Shown here one piece after another: positions 12,846 through 26,575 of a DNA stretch of 47,724 bases. The stretch is from positions 89,917,230 through 89,964,953 of the forward strand of contig NC_068985.1 of assembly GCF_001194135.2 (NCBI RefSeq), in the 5' to 3' direction. The position numbers and the translations under genes are program-made. Under the pieces are notes generated by a model. It saw only the letters and a program-made list of their open reading frames with translations, was not told where the DNA came from and made no database searches. Within the stretch, counting starts at the first letter, position 1, and the number at the start of each line of letters is the position of its first letter. Origin of the DNA: Octopus bimaculoides. Its lineage: Eukaryota.

Positions 12846-14871
12846 AGTAATGTGAAACCGAATTATGATTCCATTGTATTGTAGTCGATCTTATTATAAC
12901 GTATCATCTAATAATATTCCAGCAGTATTTATAAGCCAACGCGTTAATCTCATGATAATTTGTAACTTTTGTATTGCCCAACAACAAGTGAAGCAATCTC
13001 TTCATGATTATCTCCCATTGCACAACAACTACTGAACAACAACAACAAAAGAAAAACTACATTACTGCTTGCTACCAACTGACATAATCCGTGTTTTCGC
13101 ATTGCATTCTCGTCAAAGACATTGCAGAAGCGTCACTTTTGATTAGAGACTTCTTTCTTTCTTTCAATTTCCCTCTTAATTTCTCTTTTCCCTCTCTCTT
13201 TTCCTCTTTCTCCCTGCCTCTGTGGACATCTCATAACATAGATATCTGCGCATTTAAATAGATACATATATAAACTCCGACGCTACGCCGCTACGCATCT
13301 CTTCATTTTAGTGTATCTTCATGAAGTAGGACATATGAGAGTCAAAACACCTTCACTTTCGTATCGATGTGATATACGGAAAGAAGTTTATAAATGGCTT
13401 ATAAAGAAGTTTATAAATGGTTCACGACACGGAAAAGTAGACGGTGGATAGCATGATCGTTGGCATTGTTTACATATCACTAACGCTATACGTGTATCTG
13501 TATTTCCACAAATAAGAATTTGAAATTAAAGTACAGCGTGTCTTCTATATCATGGAGAATGTATGTTTACTATGTTTGAAGGTATCCAACATATTTCACA
13601 GACTTCCTGATGAATCAGACAATTAGGATATATTTATGAAGTAGACGAGTGTATCCAAATATAATTGTTTAACGACTTGATATCTAGTTGCGTATAACAA
13701 TAAGATAATACTGGTCGCACGAACAATACCAAACAGTAATTCGATTAGAATTGTTTCTAGACAGTTGTTAAATAAATGACTTTCTAAATTGGTCTAATCT
13801 ACGCTGGAATTTCCTATCAGTATTGAGATTTAATCAGAGGAAATCTGTAAATATTGCAATGATTACAACGAGTTTCTAATACATCTATGAAGTTTATAGT
13901 TAAGAGTCAATTTAATATAGTCTATTGTTCATGAACTAAAAATAGGTAGATACCGAATGATATCAAATTATTTATCTACTGAACCATTATTCACAATATC
14001 TTTCTTAAGCAAATAGTATTAATTTAGCGTCTGTGATTCATTCATTTCCGTCCATCGCTTCTATAAATGTTCTATATCCAATACAAAATTTAACAAACAC
14101 TGTCTAGTTTAAAACTAAAGTATTATTACATTATAGTTTATGCAATGTTTGTCTTCTTGGTATGAACGTTTATTCCGTATAATGTACAATTTTCCTGGAC
14201 CGAATGCAGGAGACATCACATCGTTTTCAGCTTCTTTATATATTTAGATTGAAATGCTTTATTTTCTATAAAGATGATAACTTCAAGGGGATTTAAATTC
14301 TGAAGATTTCTGCTTATTTCACACTAACACTAATTCTTACATTTGTCCTCATCATTCTACTTTATTTATTATCCTACCGAAGTATGAAAACCCCAAAATA
14401 TCTGAAGCAAAATGTTGAATATCAGGAAGACCTAGTGAACCATATGTTCACCATAAACTTTATGCTACGTACAGTGCTTATGCAGAGGAAAGTCTTATTT
14501 CTTTAATGAAATATAGATGTGATAGTCATTAAACTTTGCAGCTGCTTTGTATTTTCAATTTTTGGAGTGTTATGAATATGAATTTGAATGATTCTAACAA
14601 TTAAGGAACGACTTCCACTACAGCTGAAATATTAATTATAGTCACTTCATATCATTGCGTGGCGTCTCTGGATTTTCGTCTTACATACTTGTGTTACGTG
14701 TACTATGTTGCCTGTTCATCTTTGCAACTTTTAGGCGACATTTTAGAGGTCTGTCATGGTTGGCAATAATCACTACGACCAGGCGTAGAAATACAATCAG
14801 TAGCGAAAAGAAATTGATGAGTCAGAGAAAGTATATGCACGCAAATCATTGTTCGTTTTTTTTCTTTCATT

Positions 14872-15262
14872 ATTTTACTCGTTTCAGTCATCTGATATCG
14901 GCCATCCTGTAGCACCGGCTTTAGTCAAGCACATCGACCACCAGGACTTATTCTTTTGCAAGTCTAGTTCTTATTCTAACGGTCAATTTTGCCGAACCGC
15001 TAAGTTACGTGGACGTACTCACACCAGCATCGGTTGTCAAGCGATGGTGGAGGGAGACAAACACAGACACACAAGCACCCCCCATAAGCAAACAAATGTA
15101 CGACGGGCTTCTGTCAATCTCTGTCTACTAAATCTACTCAGAAGCCTATGGTCGGCACGCTGCTTTAATAGAAGACACTAGCTGAAGGTGCCAGGCAGTG
15201 GAACTGAACCCAGAACCATTTGGTTTGTAAGCGAGTTACTTACTACTCAGCCACTCCTGCGC
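14872..15262 (-). mobile_element. SINE family A, full length
   Basis: Tail TTTTACTCGTTTCAGTCATC; head ...GGTGCCAGGCAGTGGAACTGAACCCAGAACCATTTGG...CAGCCACTCCTGCGCC. Confidence 0.85.
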
Positions 15263-16891
15263 CCATGTCTAAAATAATGTAATGATATAAAAAATAATGT
15301 AATTTACAAAATAAATCTTATCATACGTTTATTTCGAGCATAATTTTGTGAACGGAAAACAGAACAGTCAGCAAAGGAGGTTAATCTGCATGAGAAGGGT
15401 GAACAAAAACGCTTTTTAAAAAAACAAAATATATGTGACAGTAACTTAGTTTGTTAAATATGATGTTTGATATGACAATACAATGTAATAATTTATTTCG
15501 CTAAATTTGCGGGACACATTCGGGTTTTCTATGTATCACTCACTAAGAAGACTTCGAAAAAAAAAAAAAATCATATCTAAGTTCAGAGATAAATCTTTAA
15601 TTACATTGCTAATGTTGTGTATGGATTAACATTATAATTATTCAACATTTCATCAACATTGTATATACAAAGGTCTAAATACATAGAATCTCATGGGAGA
15701 CAAATATTGTTGAAATAATTGAAAAACTTGAATAAACACCACAAATAACATGGCGTAGAATAACGTATTTGTAGGAATATATCGTTCATTTTATCAGTTT
15801 TATAAATACATTTAAAACCAACGACGTCACACGAGAGATATTTATGATAAAAAAGCATGGCAAGAATACACGTATATAATTTATCAATAACTACAGGCTG
15901 AAAAACGCAAAGCAAAATATAGAGCAACATAGATTGTCACTAGAAATAAAACACACAGACAGACACACATACACCCCCCCCCACATGTATTTGCATGTAT
16001 AAAATACGTATATATANNNNNNNNNNNNNNNNNNNNNNNNNNNNNNNNNNNNNNNNNNNNNNNNNNNNNNNNNNNNNNNNNNNNNNNNNNNNNNNNNNNN
16101 NNNNNNNNNNNNNNNNNNNNNNNNNNNNNNNNNNNNNNNNNNNNNNNNNNNNNNNNNNNNNNNNNNNNNNNNNNNNNNNNNNNNNNNNNNNNNNNNNNNN
16201 NNNNNNNNNNNNNNNNNNNNNNNNNNNNNNNNNNNNNNNNNNNNNNNNNNNNNNNNNNNNNNNNNNNNNNNNNNNNNNNNNNNNNNNNNNNNNNNNNNNN
16301 NNNNNNNNNNNNNNNNNNNNNNNNNNNNNNNNNNNNNNNNNNNNNNNNNNNNNNNNNNNNNNNNNNNNNNNNNNNNNNNNNNNNNNNNNNNNNNNNNNNN
16401 NNNNNNNNNNNNNNNNNNNNNNNNNNNNNNNNNNNNNNNNNNNNNNNNNNNNNNNNNNNNNNNNNNNNNNNNNNNNNNNNNNNNNNNNNNNNNNNNNNNN
16501 NNNNNNNNNNNNNNNNNNNNNNNNNNNNNNNNNNNNNNNNNNNNNNNNNNNNNNNNNNNNNNNNNNNNNNNNNNNNNNNNNNNNNNNNNNNNNNNNNNNN
16601 NNNNNNNNNNNNNNNNNNNNNNNNNNNNNNNNNNNNNNNNNNNNNNNNNNNNNNNNNNNNNNNNNNNNNNNNNNNNNNNNNNNNNNNNNNNNNNNNNNNN
16701 NNNNNNNNNNNNNNNNNNNNNNNNNNNNNNNNNNNNNNNNNNNNNNNNNNNNNNNNNNNNNNNNNNNNNNNNNNNNNNNNNNNNNNNNNNNNNNNNNNNN
16801 NNNNNNNNNNNNNNNNNNNNNNNNNNNNNNNNNNNNNNNNNNNNATATATATATATATATACACAGATACATACATGCATACATATACATA

Positions 16892-17753
16892 CAGAGTGCG
16901 ATGGGTTATTGTCGACATTTTATAATTTTTATTTTGGGCATGCGCATTGTTTACTTTTGATTTCGCCGAATACACAGTACAATAGGGCCTGTTGGCCACT
17001 GTCTGTGAAAGAGCAACATGATGCAATTCACTGTGCCAGAAATGTGGAGACGAATTGCTGTACTGCATGGCATTCGCACTGGAAGATCCAATACGAACAT
17101 TTAAGGACAGTGTAATCTGAGGACAGGTACCGAGAGTGATAAAAATCAGAAATTCAGTCAACATTATGGAGTTTGGAGTGATTACTATTGAGGGAAACGT
17201 TATGTCTCCATTTATGTTCCCACACGGCCTTATACTCAACTCGAATGCCTACATAGATTGTCTGGAGTTGGTAATGCTGCTTTGGTCAAGAAGATGGCTG
17301 CCGGAAGACCCTATATCTGGAAATAGGTCTCTGCACCATGCCACACAATTAGGAGAACCCAGTCATGGCTTTCTGTTAATATCTTTGATCACTCCCCCAC
17401 TAACATCTGACTACCTAACTCCTAAAGCTGCCATCCCATTGATTATAATGTATGGGGCACAATTGAGCGAGAGATCAACAAAACCCCTTGTAACACCAAA
17501 TATGAACTGAAGGCAAGAAGTATGGCAACATTCATGAAATAAAACAAAGAGCGGCGCGTGTAGAAGTGTTGAGGAGGATCCGAAGTCGTCTGGAGTCTGT
17601 GGTTGAAACCAATGGTCATTCTATTGAACATATTTACTCTTTGGTATTTCATGATGGTTTTATGTAATTTTGGAAAATATATGTGTTAAAATCAGATGAC
17701 AGTGTTATTCTCACTTTTGCGTAATATAAACGAGAAATATCCTGCGTGGCCTG
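16892..17753 (+). mobile_element. Internally deleted, decayed Tc1/mariner-superfamily transposon, DD37D (maT-like)
   Basis: N-terminal HTH remnant (ATGATGCAATTCACTGTGCCAGAAATGTGG...) fused to the catalytic C-terminus IMEFGVITIEGNVMSPFMFPHGL...GRPYIWK*VSAPCHTIRRTQSWLS...CHPIDYNVWGTIERE. There are 37 residues between the (mutated) second Asp and the third Asp. Degenerate 25-nt TIRs (15/25) flanked by TA. Confidence 0.85.
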
Positions 17754-18039
17754 TATACACACACACACAAACACACATACACACATACATACCCACGTAT
17801 ATTTATATCTATACCAGAGTAAGCACATAAATGTGAAACAAGTTGGAAATATAGTTCTTGAATAGCGCAGTTAGAGAAATACGCTTTAATAATAAAGCTG
17901 GAAAAGCATCACAAAAATTGTGTATCAGAATTTCAATAACGCGTTCATCGGTTTTGCTTGAAAAACCAAAACTGTCCGACGAAGGGAACGTTAAACTCTG
18001 GGTAGCAGTTTTTGTGATATATTTTTAGATTTATTAATA

Positions 18040-18043
<4 letters not shown>

Positions 18044-18097
<54 letters not shown>
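18044..18097. repeat. (TA)n microsatellite
   Basis: Directly visible. Confidence 0.95.
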
Positions 18098-18101
<4 letters not shown>

Positions 18102-18371
18102 TCAAGGAATGGAGAAAAACGCATGTTATAATTGCATACTTTATTCCTACATATGTTTCAAAGGATTACAACCTATGTGATCCATAGGGATCTGTGATAT
18201 TAAAATTGTAGAGTGGACAAACGAAAGAATGGCATTCAACAAATTCATTGGGAGATATATGTATGGATCAAAGTAGTTTGATTCGAATTCTCTGATATTC
18301 TTCGTTGCTGTGAGTATTGTATCCTATATATATTGTTCTATCAATATGTATGCGTTGAAAAATATATCTTC

Positions 18372-18630
18372 CTAAATACAGAATATACACCACAGTCATG
18401 TTTTTTATTTGATAAGTTAAGACTAATAGATTTGTTATGATACTTTCACCGTTCATCTGTTATAAAATGTAATAGTTTCGCTTACATGATCACAAACCAG
18501 CGTCGCTTTCTCGCGGTTGAAGGATCCACACACACAGACGACATGTTCCATACAGCACTGGATTAAATATTAAGCAAAATAAGCAAATGCTTAGGGCATC
18601 AAAGGAAGGAGCGGGGGTCACCACAGAAAT
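18372..18630. repeat. 259-bp direct repeat, copy 1 (copy 2 at 19755-20013)
   Basis: 257/259 identical by eye; offset 1383 bp. Confidence 0.95.
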
Positions 18631-19754
18631 AATACATTTTCAAAGCTTCCAAAATACACTTATGTTTATTTACATACGACGTAATTTTTTTATTATTTAA
18701 ACTTCCATCGATTCCTCCTCAGTGTTTTTTTGCATCAAAAAAAAAAAATATATATATATATACACTACAGTACTGTTCACGGATTTTCACATTTCGTGCG
18801 GAGTTTTAGAACGTAACGCCTGCAATGGTCGAAGGATTACTGTATTTAAAAAGCATTTTTTGTTACTCTTTTTTCCAAGACAGCAAACTGAAATTATCTC
18901 CTCACACTAGTCGTTGCCTCATGATATGTTGCGAGCATGCTATCACCAGCGGATAGCTGTTGAAGGCATTCGATATTATTGAATCGAAGGACCATTTTGC
19001 CAAGCGTGTATCACATTTTCTTGGCAATTAAGACAGCATTTACATCGAATGTTATAGCAAAATTAACACTCACATGTTGAGTAAACTTTGTATTTTTCAT
19101 TCCTTGTTGGAAAAACAAAAATGACAAAACAACGCAAAGTCGACAAAATATATAAACATATTATTAAACCGTATTGCAATGAACGCCTGCATTCTTTGTT
19201 GAACTACACACATTTCGTCATCAAATTCCAAGCTACTTTCAAATAGAGTGTATGCGTAAAAATGGCAGCGACAGGGAGCACACATTAAACCCGTACAAAA
19301 GTAGAACATTCGATAAACGCATAATTACGGAAGGTGTTATTAAATTGGGATCACTAGATTTGCTAAGCCTAACTAGTGATTTAAACGAATAAGTGCGTTT
19401 AACCAGTCAGTGATAATCTGAGAATAAACAACGTTGCCATCATTAAATTTAATTCGGTACGCTATTCCGGATATCATACATTTACTCACAGACACACGCA
19501 ACATTGACTACGTACACAAAAGTGTGTATACAATTAATTATATATTATATACATATAATGACGTGCCTTACAGATTATTATGCAATTTTAATTGGTAAAT
19601 TAAAAATCTTAAAACACTAATTCTATATCAGAAGCCTGGCGCATGGATCTTACCGTTATCAATAAATAAACCGAATTTAAATGAAGGATAGCCATTGACA
19701 TTTATTTTACAGGGCACCTAAAAATTATTGTGCATAAAAGTTCAGCGTATATGA

Positions 19755-20013
19755 CTAAATACAGAATATACACCACAGTCATGTTTTTTATTTGATAAGT
19801 TAAGACTAATAGATTTGTTATGATACTATCACCGTTCATCTGTTATATAATGTAATAGTTTCGCTTACATGATCACAAACCAGCGTCGCTTTCTCGCGGT
19901 TGAAGGATCCACACACACAGACGACATGTTCCATACAGCACTGGATTAAATATTAAGCAAAATAAGCAAATGCTTAGGGCATCAAAGGAAGGAGCGGGGG
20001 TCACCACAGAAAT
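19755..20013. repeat. 259-bp direct repeat, copy 2
   Basis: Differs from copy 1 only at GATACT(T/A)TCACC and GTTATA(A/T)AATGT. Confidence 0.95.
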
Positions 20014-20039
20014 GGAAAATGGTTTACAACACAAATGAA

Positions 20040-20364
20040 ACTACTTTAAACTTGCTAAAATAATATTCGGGATGCTTTTATCCCTACTAAGTATAGATGC
20101 AGATGTATTACCTAAGATTGATTTCAAGGACTTCAACAAAGACTTTGCAATTCAAAAAAGGAAGAGGAAACTTTTCAAATATAAATAAAGTGGAAGTAAA
20201 CAAAAATAAACATTATTTTCCCTCGTACTGATTTGTTCCGTTGTGAAAAATAAGAATTTAGTTTATGGTTTGTTATTGTTTATGTTTTGAATTACATAAT
20301 CTTTTATGGGGTCACCAAAATCGTTTAAGTCCTCAGGGCCTCGATGAGTCTTAATCCGGCCCTG
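20040..20364 (+). mobile_element. hAT DNA transposon 3' remnant (C-terminal dimerisation region plus terminus)
   Basis: Translates LSLLSIDADVLPKIDFKDFNKDFAIQKRKRKLF, resembling the remembered hAT C-terminal motif; ends TCTTAATCCGGCCCTG, a hAT-like terminal repeat. The left end was not found. Confidence 0.6.
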
Positions 20365-20514
20365 GTTCCACATAACGTCTGCCAGTCAAACTCACTCTCA
20401 TTACATCACAAGAATGGGGCTATGTTGGATACCACTTGCCTTAAAAGACGTGCTGTGAGAATACCACATGAATAATAATGGTTTTAAATTCTGCTACAAA
20501 TCGAGCATCTTCGT

Positions 20515-20945
20515 CAGTCAATTACATCGACATCCCCCAGTGCACCACTGGTACTTATCTGATGGTAATCAGATGAAAGGCAAAATTAACCTCACCGTTA
20601 TTTGAACTGAGAGCCTAAGTACTTTTGAAATTTCGCTATACATTTTTTCCCGGTGTGCTAACGATTCTGCCAGCTCAACGACATCAAGTTTGGTCATAAT
20701 AATTAGTTATTTATTGCCCACAAGGGGCTAAACAAGGACAGACAAAGGGATTACGTTGATTAATCCGATCCTATTATATTGGATTAATCGATCCCAGTGC
20801 GTAACTGGTACTTATTTAATCGATCCCGAACGGATGAAAGGCAAAGTAGACCTCGGCGGAATTTGAACTCAGAACGTAACAGCAGACGAAATACCACTAG
20901 GCATTTCGCTCGGCGTGGTAACGATTCTGCCAACTCGCCGCCTTA
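20515..20945 (-). mobile_element. Two tandem SINE family B copies
   Basis: Twice CTGGTACTTAT...GATGAAAGGCAAA...ATTTGAACT...AACGATTCTGCCA (about 20515-20685 and 20705-20945). Confidence 0.8.
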
Positions 20946-21299
20946 GTTGGACATAATATTAACAACGATTTCAATGCTTTTGTTACTGATAATGTTAATT
21001 ACTACTATCAAAAACTATGTTAATGAAGGTATTCTCAAGTAATGAAAACTGAGATTTTAGCCGTTGTGTGCCTTGGGTATTTTTAGGAATATTTTGCTGT
21101 GAAGAAACTTGTACAGCTGATGCCATGTAAAAGGATTTTGGCGTCAACATTTTGTGCACTTTGTGCCTTAATATACATGACTAGTGAGGAAGATGTGGTG
21201 ACATACAGAAGTATTTGCATGGCATACATAATATCCATATATGAGGTGAGCAACATCTTTTGTAATGATGATGGGGATCTTAATGCTTTCGTCACTGTT

Positions 21300-21830
21300 T
21301 ACAATTATCTTTAAAATTATTTTAATGTATCATACAGATGTAGTTTTTGACGCAGAATCTGAATTTGTTATTCATTTTTTCTGGAAAAATTTTGCAAAAA
21401 TATTACCGATATTCCAATTTAGAAAATTTTCAAAATTTCAACCAATCAGAAAACAGCACGTTCGCTGCCTCTTCCATCATAAGGGTGGTGGGGCATCAGC
21501 ATTTCAAAACATTAAACTCCTTCTCTTCCTTGTGCGCATGCACAGCATCTTTGGTTACTTTGGAAACAGTTCTTCGCAATGAGCTATGCAACACGTGGTG
21601 CTTCTTTGCTTTGGCTACTTTGGAAATAGCAATTTTCCCCACGGGGACATGTGAAATATTCGCTTCTGATTAGCTAAAATGCCCAAATGTTTCAAATTTT
21701 AAATGCTCTTAACTTTTTAATTATGGATTTATAGAGAAAATTAATTTCATTTTCATAATTAGTATACAATACATAATCCTTATATAAAATGTAAAAACAA
21801 TTTAAACAAAATTGTGAACTGTGTCGAAAA
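21300..21830. mobile_element. Possible MITE / non-autonomous DNA element
   Basis: Inverted pair ATTTCAACCAATCAGA (ends 21450) and TCTGATTAGCTAAAAT (starts 21665), 13/16; internal direct repeat CTTTGG(T/C)TACTTTGGAAA. Boundaries are approximate. Confidence 0.3.
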
Positions 21831-22570
21831 CCACAAAAATCCGATGATGTCTCTCAATAAAATATCATTTATGAAGACAAATCATTAACTAGAGTGTTAT
21901 ACTTATTATGAAGTAAAGAAGGAATAACTATTTTCTTTCTTTTACGCGATAGATGAAAATCAAAACAGAAAGTAGATTCTTAAGCAATTCGTAAACTTTT
22001 TGGGGGATAGCATAATACTTGACTTAATTATTTTCATAGAAGAAATACCTGTAAAACATGGAACTACCGAACATCCAACGAATCATAATATAATATGAGG
22101 ACATTTAAGATTCAGTATATTCTGAGAAACTACGAAAATGGTTACTGGCGGAAAGGTCAACAGAACGAAGCACACAAACACACAATAAATATATAAATAA
22201 ATTAGAAACAGACGAGCAAAAACTAACACTTTACGATTTTTAGACATATAAAATAATTATATTCCAAGTGCAACACTTAAAATACATTCTAGTAAAGACT
22301 AACAGTAGAACAACGCAACACATTAATATCGTTTACTGACTACACTTGTAAAGAAATTAATGTCGTGTATATTGTCTATATTTTTACTGCTATGTTTGTT
22401 TTCATGATGCCAGACGGTATTTCATATATGTTCGTTCATATACAACCTCACGTTTGGGACACTCCATATATACCTCACACACACACACACGCACACACAC
22501 ACACACACACTCTCTCTCTCTCTCTCTCACACATACACACACACACCTATGTATGTATAGATACATACCT

Positions 22571-22732
22571 AGGAGTGGCTGTGTGATAGGTGGCTTGATT
22601 ACCAACAACATGGTTTTGAGTTCAGTCCCACTGCGTGCCACCTTGGGCAATTAACTTCTACTATAGCCTCGGGACGAACAAAGCATTGTGAGTGGATTTG
22701 GTAGACGGAAACTGAAAGTATCCCATCGTATA
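22571..22732 (+). mobile_element. SINE family A, 5' half with tRNA-like head
   Basis: AGGAGTGGCTGTGTG (A-box-like) ... GAGTTCAGTCCC (B-box-like) ... CACCTTGGGCAATTAACTTCTACTATAGCC (CORE-like). Confidence 0.85.
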
Positions 22733-22974
22733 TCCTTTGTACAGATTTTATATATGACGAAAAAAAGCGGTAGGATTTTTATAATTATTTATTAACGCTT
22801 TCATCACGTTCGTTTCGGTTTCATCTCATCCGTTTGGATGACTCATAAGATGTGATCGTGTACAGAATATTTCTTTTCGCTTTTCATATCTATCCCTAAG
22901 AAAATGTTTTATTGCTTTTTCTTATTTTTTGTTTTTATATATCAATAATCTTTTATTGTTTTATACGGTTCATT

Positions 22975-23150
22975 CATTTGAATGCGGCCATGCTGGAGCA
23001 CCACCTTTAGTCGAACTCATCAACAACAGGATTTATTCTTTGTAAGCCTAGTACATATTCTATCGGTCTCTATTGCCGAATCGCTAATTTACGGGGACGT
23101 AAACCCTCCAACATCGATGGGTGGGAACAAACACAGGCACACAAACATAC
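22975..23150 (-). mobile_element. SINE family A, 3' half
   Basis: GCGGCCATGCTGGAGCACCACCTTTAGTCGA ... TTTGTAAGCCTAGTAC. Confidence 0.8.
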
Positions 23151-23700
23151 ACACGCACATACACACACACGAGGGAATTGTTATTACGTATATCAGAACA
23201 AATATATATAAGTCGAAACAATTTGTTGGACTTTTATGGTTTTTGTAACTCTTTATGTTATATAATACTATGTTATATTATATTCAGTATTTAATGTCAT
23301 ATTGTGATATAAATAAATCATTGGATTATCGTCAGTGAGATTATGGACTGTTCTTTGAATGGAAGATTTTCAACGACGTCATCAAAATGTGATCGACTCA
23401 TTTGCTACCCAGATTTTTTGAACTCTGGCAATATAATTGTAGTAACTTTTCTTCTTTCCTGGAACCAGTCAATACGGGCATTTTATTTTAATTTTAATAT
23501 GTATTATAGACATTCCCAACTATCCCGTTTCGTTCAAACGTATATCTAATTGCAATGTTAATGGGTAGCCTGGGTTGATGTGTGTGAAACTCCTTTCTGA
23601 AATACCTATTAATTTCGAGTGACCTTTCAGACTTTCAGTAGAAATATAAAATAAGTTACCTTACTTGAAAGATTCATATGGCTCCGTTCCTTATTTGTAG

Positions 23701-23749
23701 TGGGTTAAATTTTTAAAACTTGAAATTGAGAGAGTAATGAGGTGTTTAT
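23701..23749 (+). CDS. Candidate coding exon (WVKFLKLEIERVMRCL, phase 0 to 1)
   Basis: Acceptor TCCGTTCCTTATTTGTAG, strong donor TAT|GTAAGT, one open frame only. Confidence 0.35.
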
Positions 23750-25049
23750 GTAAGTATATATTTTTGGTGGACACACTAGATATGTTTGTTTATACATACA
23801 TACATACATACATACATACGTACGCACGTACATATACACCTACGCACATATATTTACATGATATATGTTTTTTTTATGTTTCATTGTAATAAAACCAAGT
23901 TTATATTCATCTAAGGAGTTTATCTCTATGTGTGTGTGTGTGTTTATACATCGGTGTGTGCACATGCGCGTAACGCACGTATATTCAAATATCATTATGT
24001 TACTCAGTCTATATCAGCACAAAGAAAATAGAAGAATCTTGCATATCGATATATTGAAATATATGCAAATAAATGCTTTATAGTTTCGTGTAACTTCCAC
24101 TCAGCATTTTATATGAATATGCTTAACTCGATCTTATCTACGTTTATATTTATATTATTTACTTCGTTATAAAAATTCCCGAATGAACTGCATATTTATA
24201 GCAAAGCACATCCAGGAAAAACATGAGAGATATTTTCTGAGTTATAAAATGAATACCTGCATGATATACTTCTCAAGAAATATCACAACACTAAATTATT
24301 TTCTATACCCACTAGTATTAAAATTTGCCAATAAGTGTTGATCTTTAAAAAAAAGAAATGTGTCTTAGTTATAGGTAGCAAGATTCCATGATTATACGCG
24401 GGTCATTGCAAAATTGTCAGGATGAATAGGAATACGAAATCCCATTGCTTTGCTCGTATTCCAAATATTGATCTTTGCTGAAAATGGAGACGTGATCTGT
24501 TTTAGAGGGAAAATGTGAATTCTAGTAAAAATATGCAAAGGCAACATGGATTAAATATAGCATAAATTATCAACGTACATAAATATCTATAATTAACCTG
24601 TTGCATATTTTGTAATCGGATATTTTTCGCTTGATAATATCTCTAGTTTATATATTTTTGTGAATAATATGTGATATTATTAGAGTATTTTAATTCCTGG
24701 ATGTTCTCATTTTAAACGCGATCAAGAAGAAATTATTTGCATAAAATTTTCTCCTTATTTTTACATGTAAAAATCTGTTATTGACTTGGATATTTTATAT
24801 TCCTCACATGATCATAGAGCAAACGGTAACCAAACAAAAACAAGACAAGAACAAAAAAAAATGAAGAAAAAAGACTAACAAATATTCCGTGCTAAATAAT
24901 TATCGAAAGAAATTATAGTTTCCTAAAATAACAGGGTGAAACGCTATAATTTTGAAAATATTGGAGTCATAAAAACGGTAGCCAGTGTCATCTTTGAATA
25001 ATTCCATATGATTTAATGATTACTTTAAATCTAATGAAACTGTTATCCC

Positions 25050-25221
<172 letters not shown>

Positions 25222-25589
25222 TCCACACACGTTTCCTTTATCCCTTATTGCTTCTACTCTACTTTTTCTAATGTGAATATTTTGTTTCTCTTTATTCTCT
25301 TTCTTGTTTTAGCATCTTGCTCGTCTTCTAGTTATAATCATTCTCTGTCTTCTGTTGTGATTTTTTTTCTTTTCATTTCATCTTATTTTATTATTATGTT
25401 ATTTCTGTTCCTAAATTTCATACGAATCCCCATATGTAGGGTTTGAATTCTCACCGACTGTGTCAGCACCTCACACTACACGTCTAATTCTTGTTAGCAA
25501 CATAGTTATAACGCGAAACTGATTCGATTTCGTATGGATAATACTTACGTTAAAATAACGCAAGATGAGTTATAATATTATGGTTGATA

Positions 25590-26005
25590 AGGCGGTGAGC
25601 TGGAAGAAGCGTTAGCACGCCGGGCGAAATGCTTAGCAGTATTTCGTCTGCCACTACGTTCTGAGTTCAAATTCCGCCGATGTCGACTTTGCCTCTCATC
25701 CTTTCGGGGTCTATTAAATAAGCACCAGTTACGCACTGTGATCGATGTAAACGACTTAATTCATTTGTCTGTCTTTGTTTTCCTCCTCTAAGTGTAGCCC
25801 CTTGTGGGCAGCAAAGAAATAAGAAACGTTAGCATGCCGGGCAAAACGCTTAGCGGTATTTCATCTGTCTTCAGTGCCTCAGGTTATATGCCGCCGTGTT
25901 CGACTTTGCCTTTTATAAATTAAGTACAATTTACACACTGGCGTTGGCGTAATCGTCTCATCCCCTCCCCCAAATTTTAGGCCTTGCGCCTATAGTAGAA
26001 AGGGT
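25590..26005 (+). mobile_element. Head-to-tail dimer of SINE family B
   Basis: GGCGGTGAGCTGGAAGAAGCGTTAGCACGCCGGGCG ... GAGTTCAAATTCCGCCG (B-box-like); second unit starts at GAAACGTTAGCATGCCGGGC (about 25823). Confidence 0.85.
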
Positions 26006-26034
26006 TGTTTTTGTTCTTTTTATTGACAATATTT

Positions 26035-26575
26035 TTGAGTGTGAGAGCAGTGCATGTCATCAAAGTGATAATGGGATAAAACATTCGAAGCCCAGTATAC
26101 CCATAATGACTACCCGTCAGATAAGGGTACACCAAGCACATGCATCACAATCATAAGGACGTGACACGGTGATCTCATATCGAGATAAATTAAGTATGAC
26201 CTAGCAGGTGGGGCACAGTCACAATTTTCTTCAGGTCGAGTAGTCTTCCTGCTAATCTTTGAATTAGGGTTGTTTAAGGATGTTGAACGAAACACCCGGG
26301 GTATTCGAGCAGTTCGAAGCAGCTCTGTTTCTGCAAGTGCTTCACGCTTATTGTAGTCTCTATTTGTTCCATGTACTTCTCAAGATATTATTGCAGCCCC
26401 TATTTGTTCCATGTAGTTCTCAAGATTTACATTCACAGTTCCCAGGTAGGTCTCCGACAGTTATTGGCAGTACTTTTCATTCTTCGTTATCGCATACCTT
26501 GTTGTCAGCTGGGCATACTATATCTATGATCCATCATAGTTTGCTTTTTTTCTCAATTAACACTATATCAATTTT
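26035..26575 (-). mobile_element. 3' remnant of an RLE-type (R4/Dong/NeSL-like) non-LTR retrotransposon
   Basis: Minus frame IDIVLIEKKSKL*WIIDIVCPADNKVCDNEE*K, then LPITVGDL/GTVNVNLENYMEQIGAAI and KHLQKQ/LLRTARIPR. This matches the restriction-like endonuclease PD..D..E..K region and the typical C-terminus; followed by a 3' UTR. Confidence 0.75.

Noticed and set aside
13312-13452. Frame reading YLHEVGHMRVK... (HExxH metalloprotease-like) after an AG
   Set aside because: Short motif expected by chance, followed by a local AAGAAGTTTATAAATGG duplication and a stop, with no convincing donor.
18372-20013. The 259-bp repeats as LTRs of a small LTR element
   Set aside because: No TG...CA termini, primer-binding site, polypurine tract or target-site duplication seen.
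21087-21245. 159-nt open segment with AG and GTGAGC boundaries
   Set aside because: Poor polypyrimidine tract, no recognisable motif, and it lies beside probable transposon sequence. Not disproved, but unsupported.
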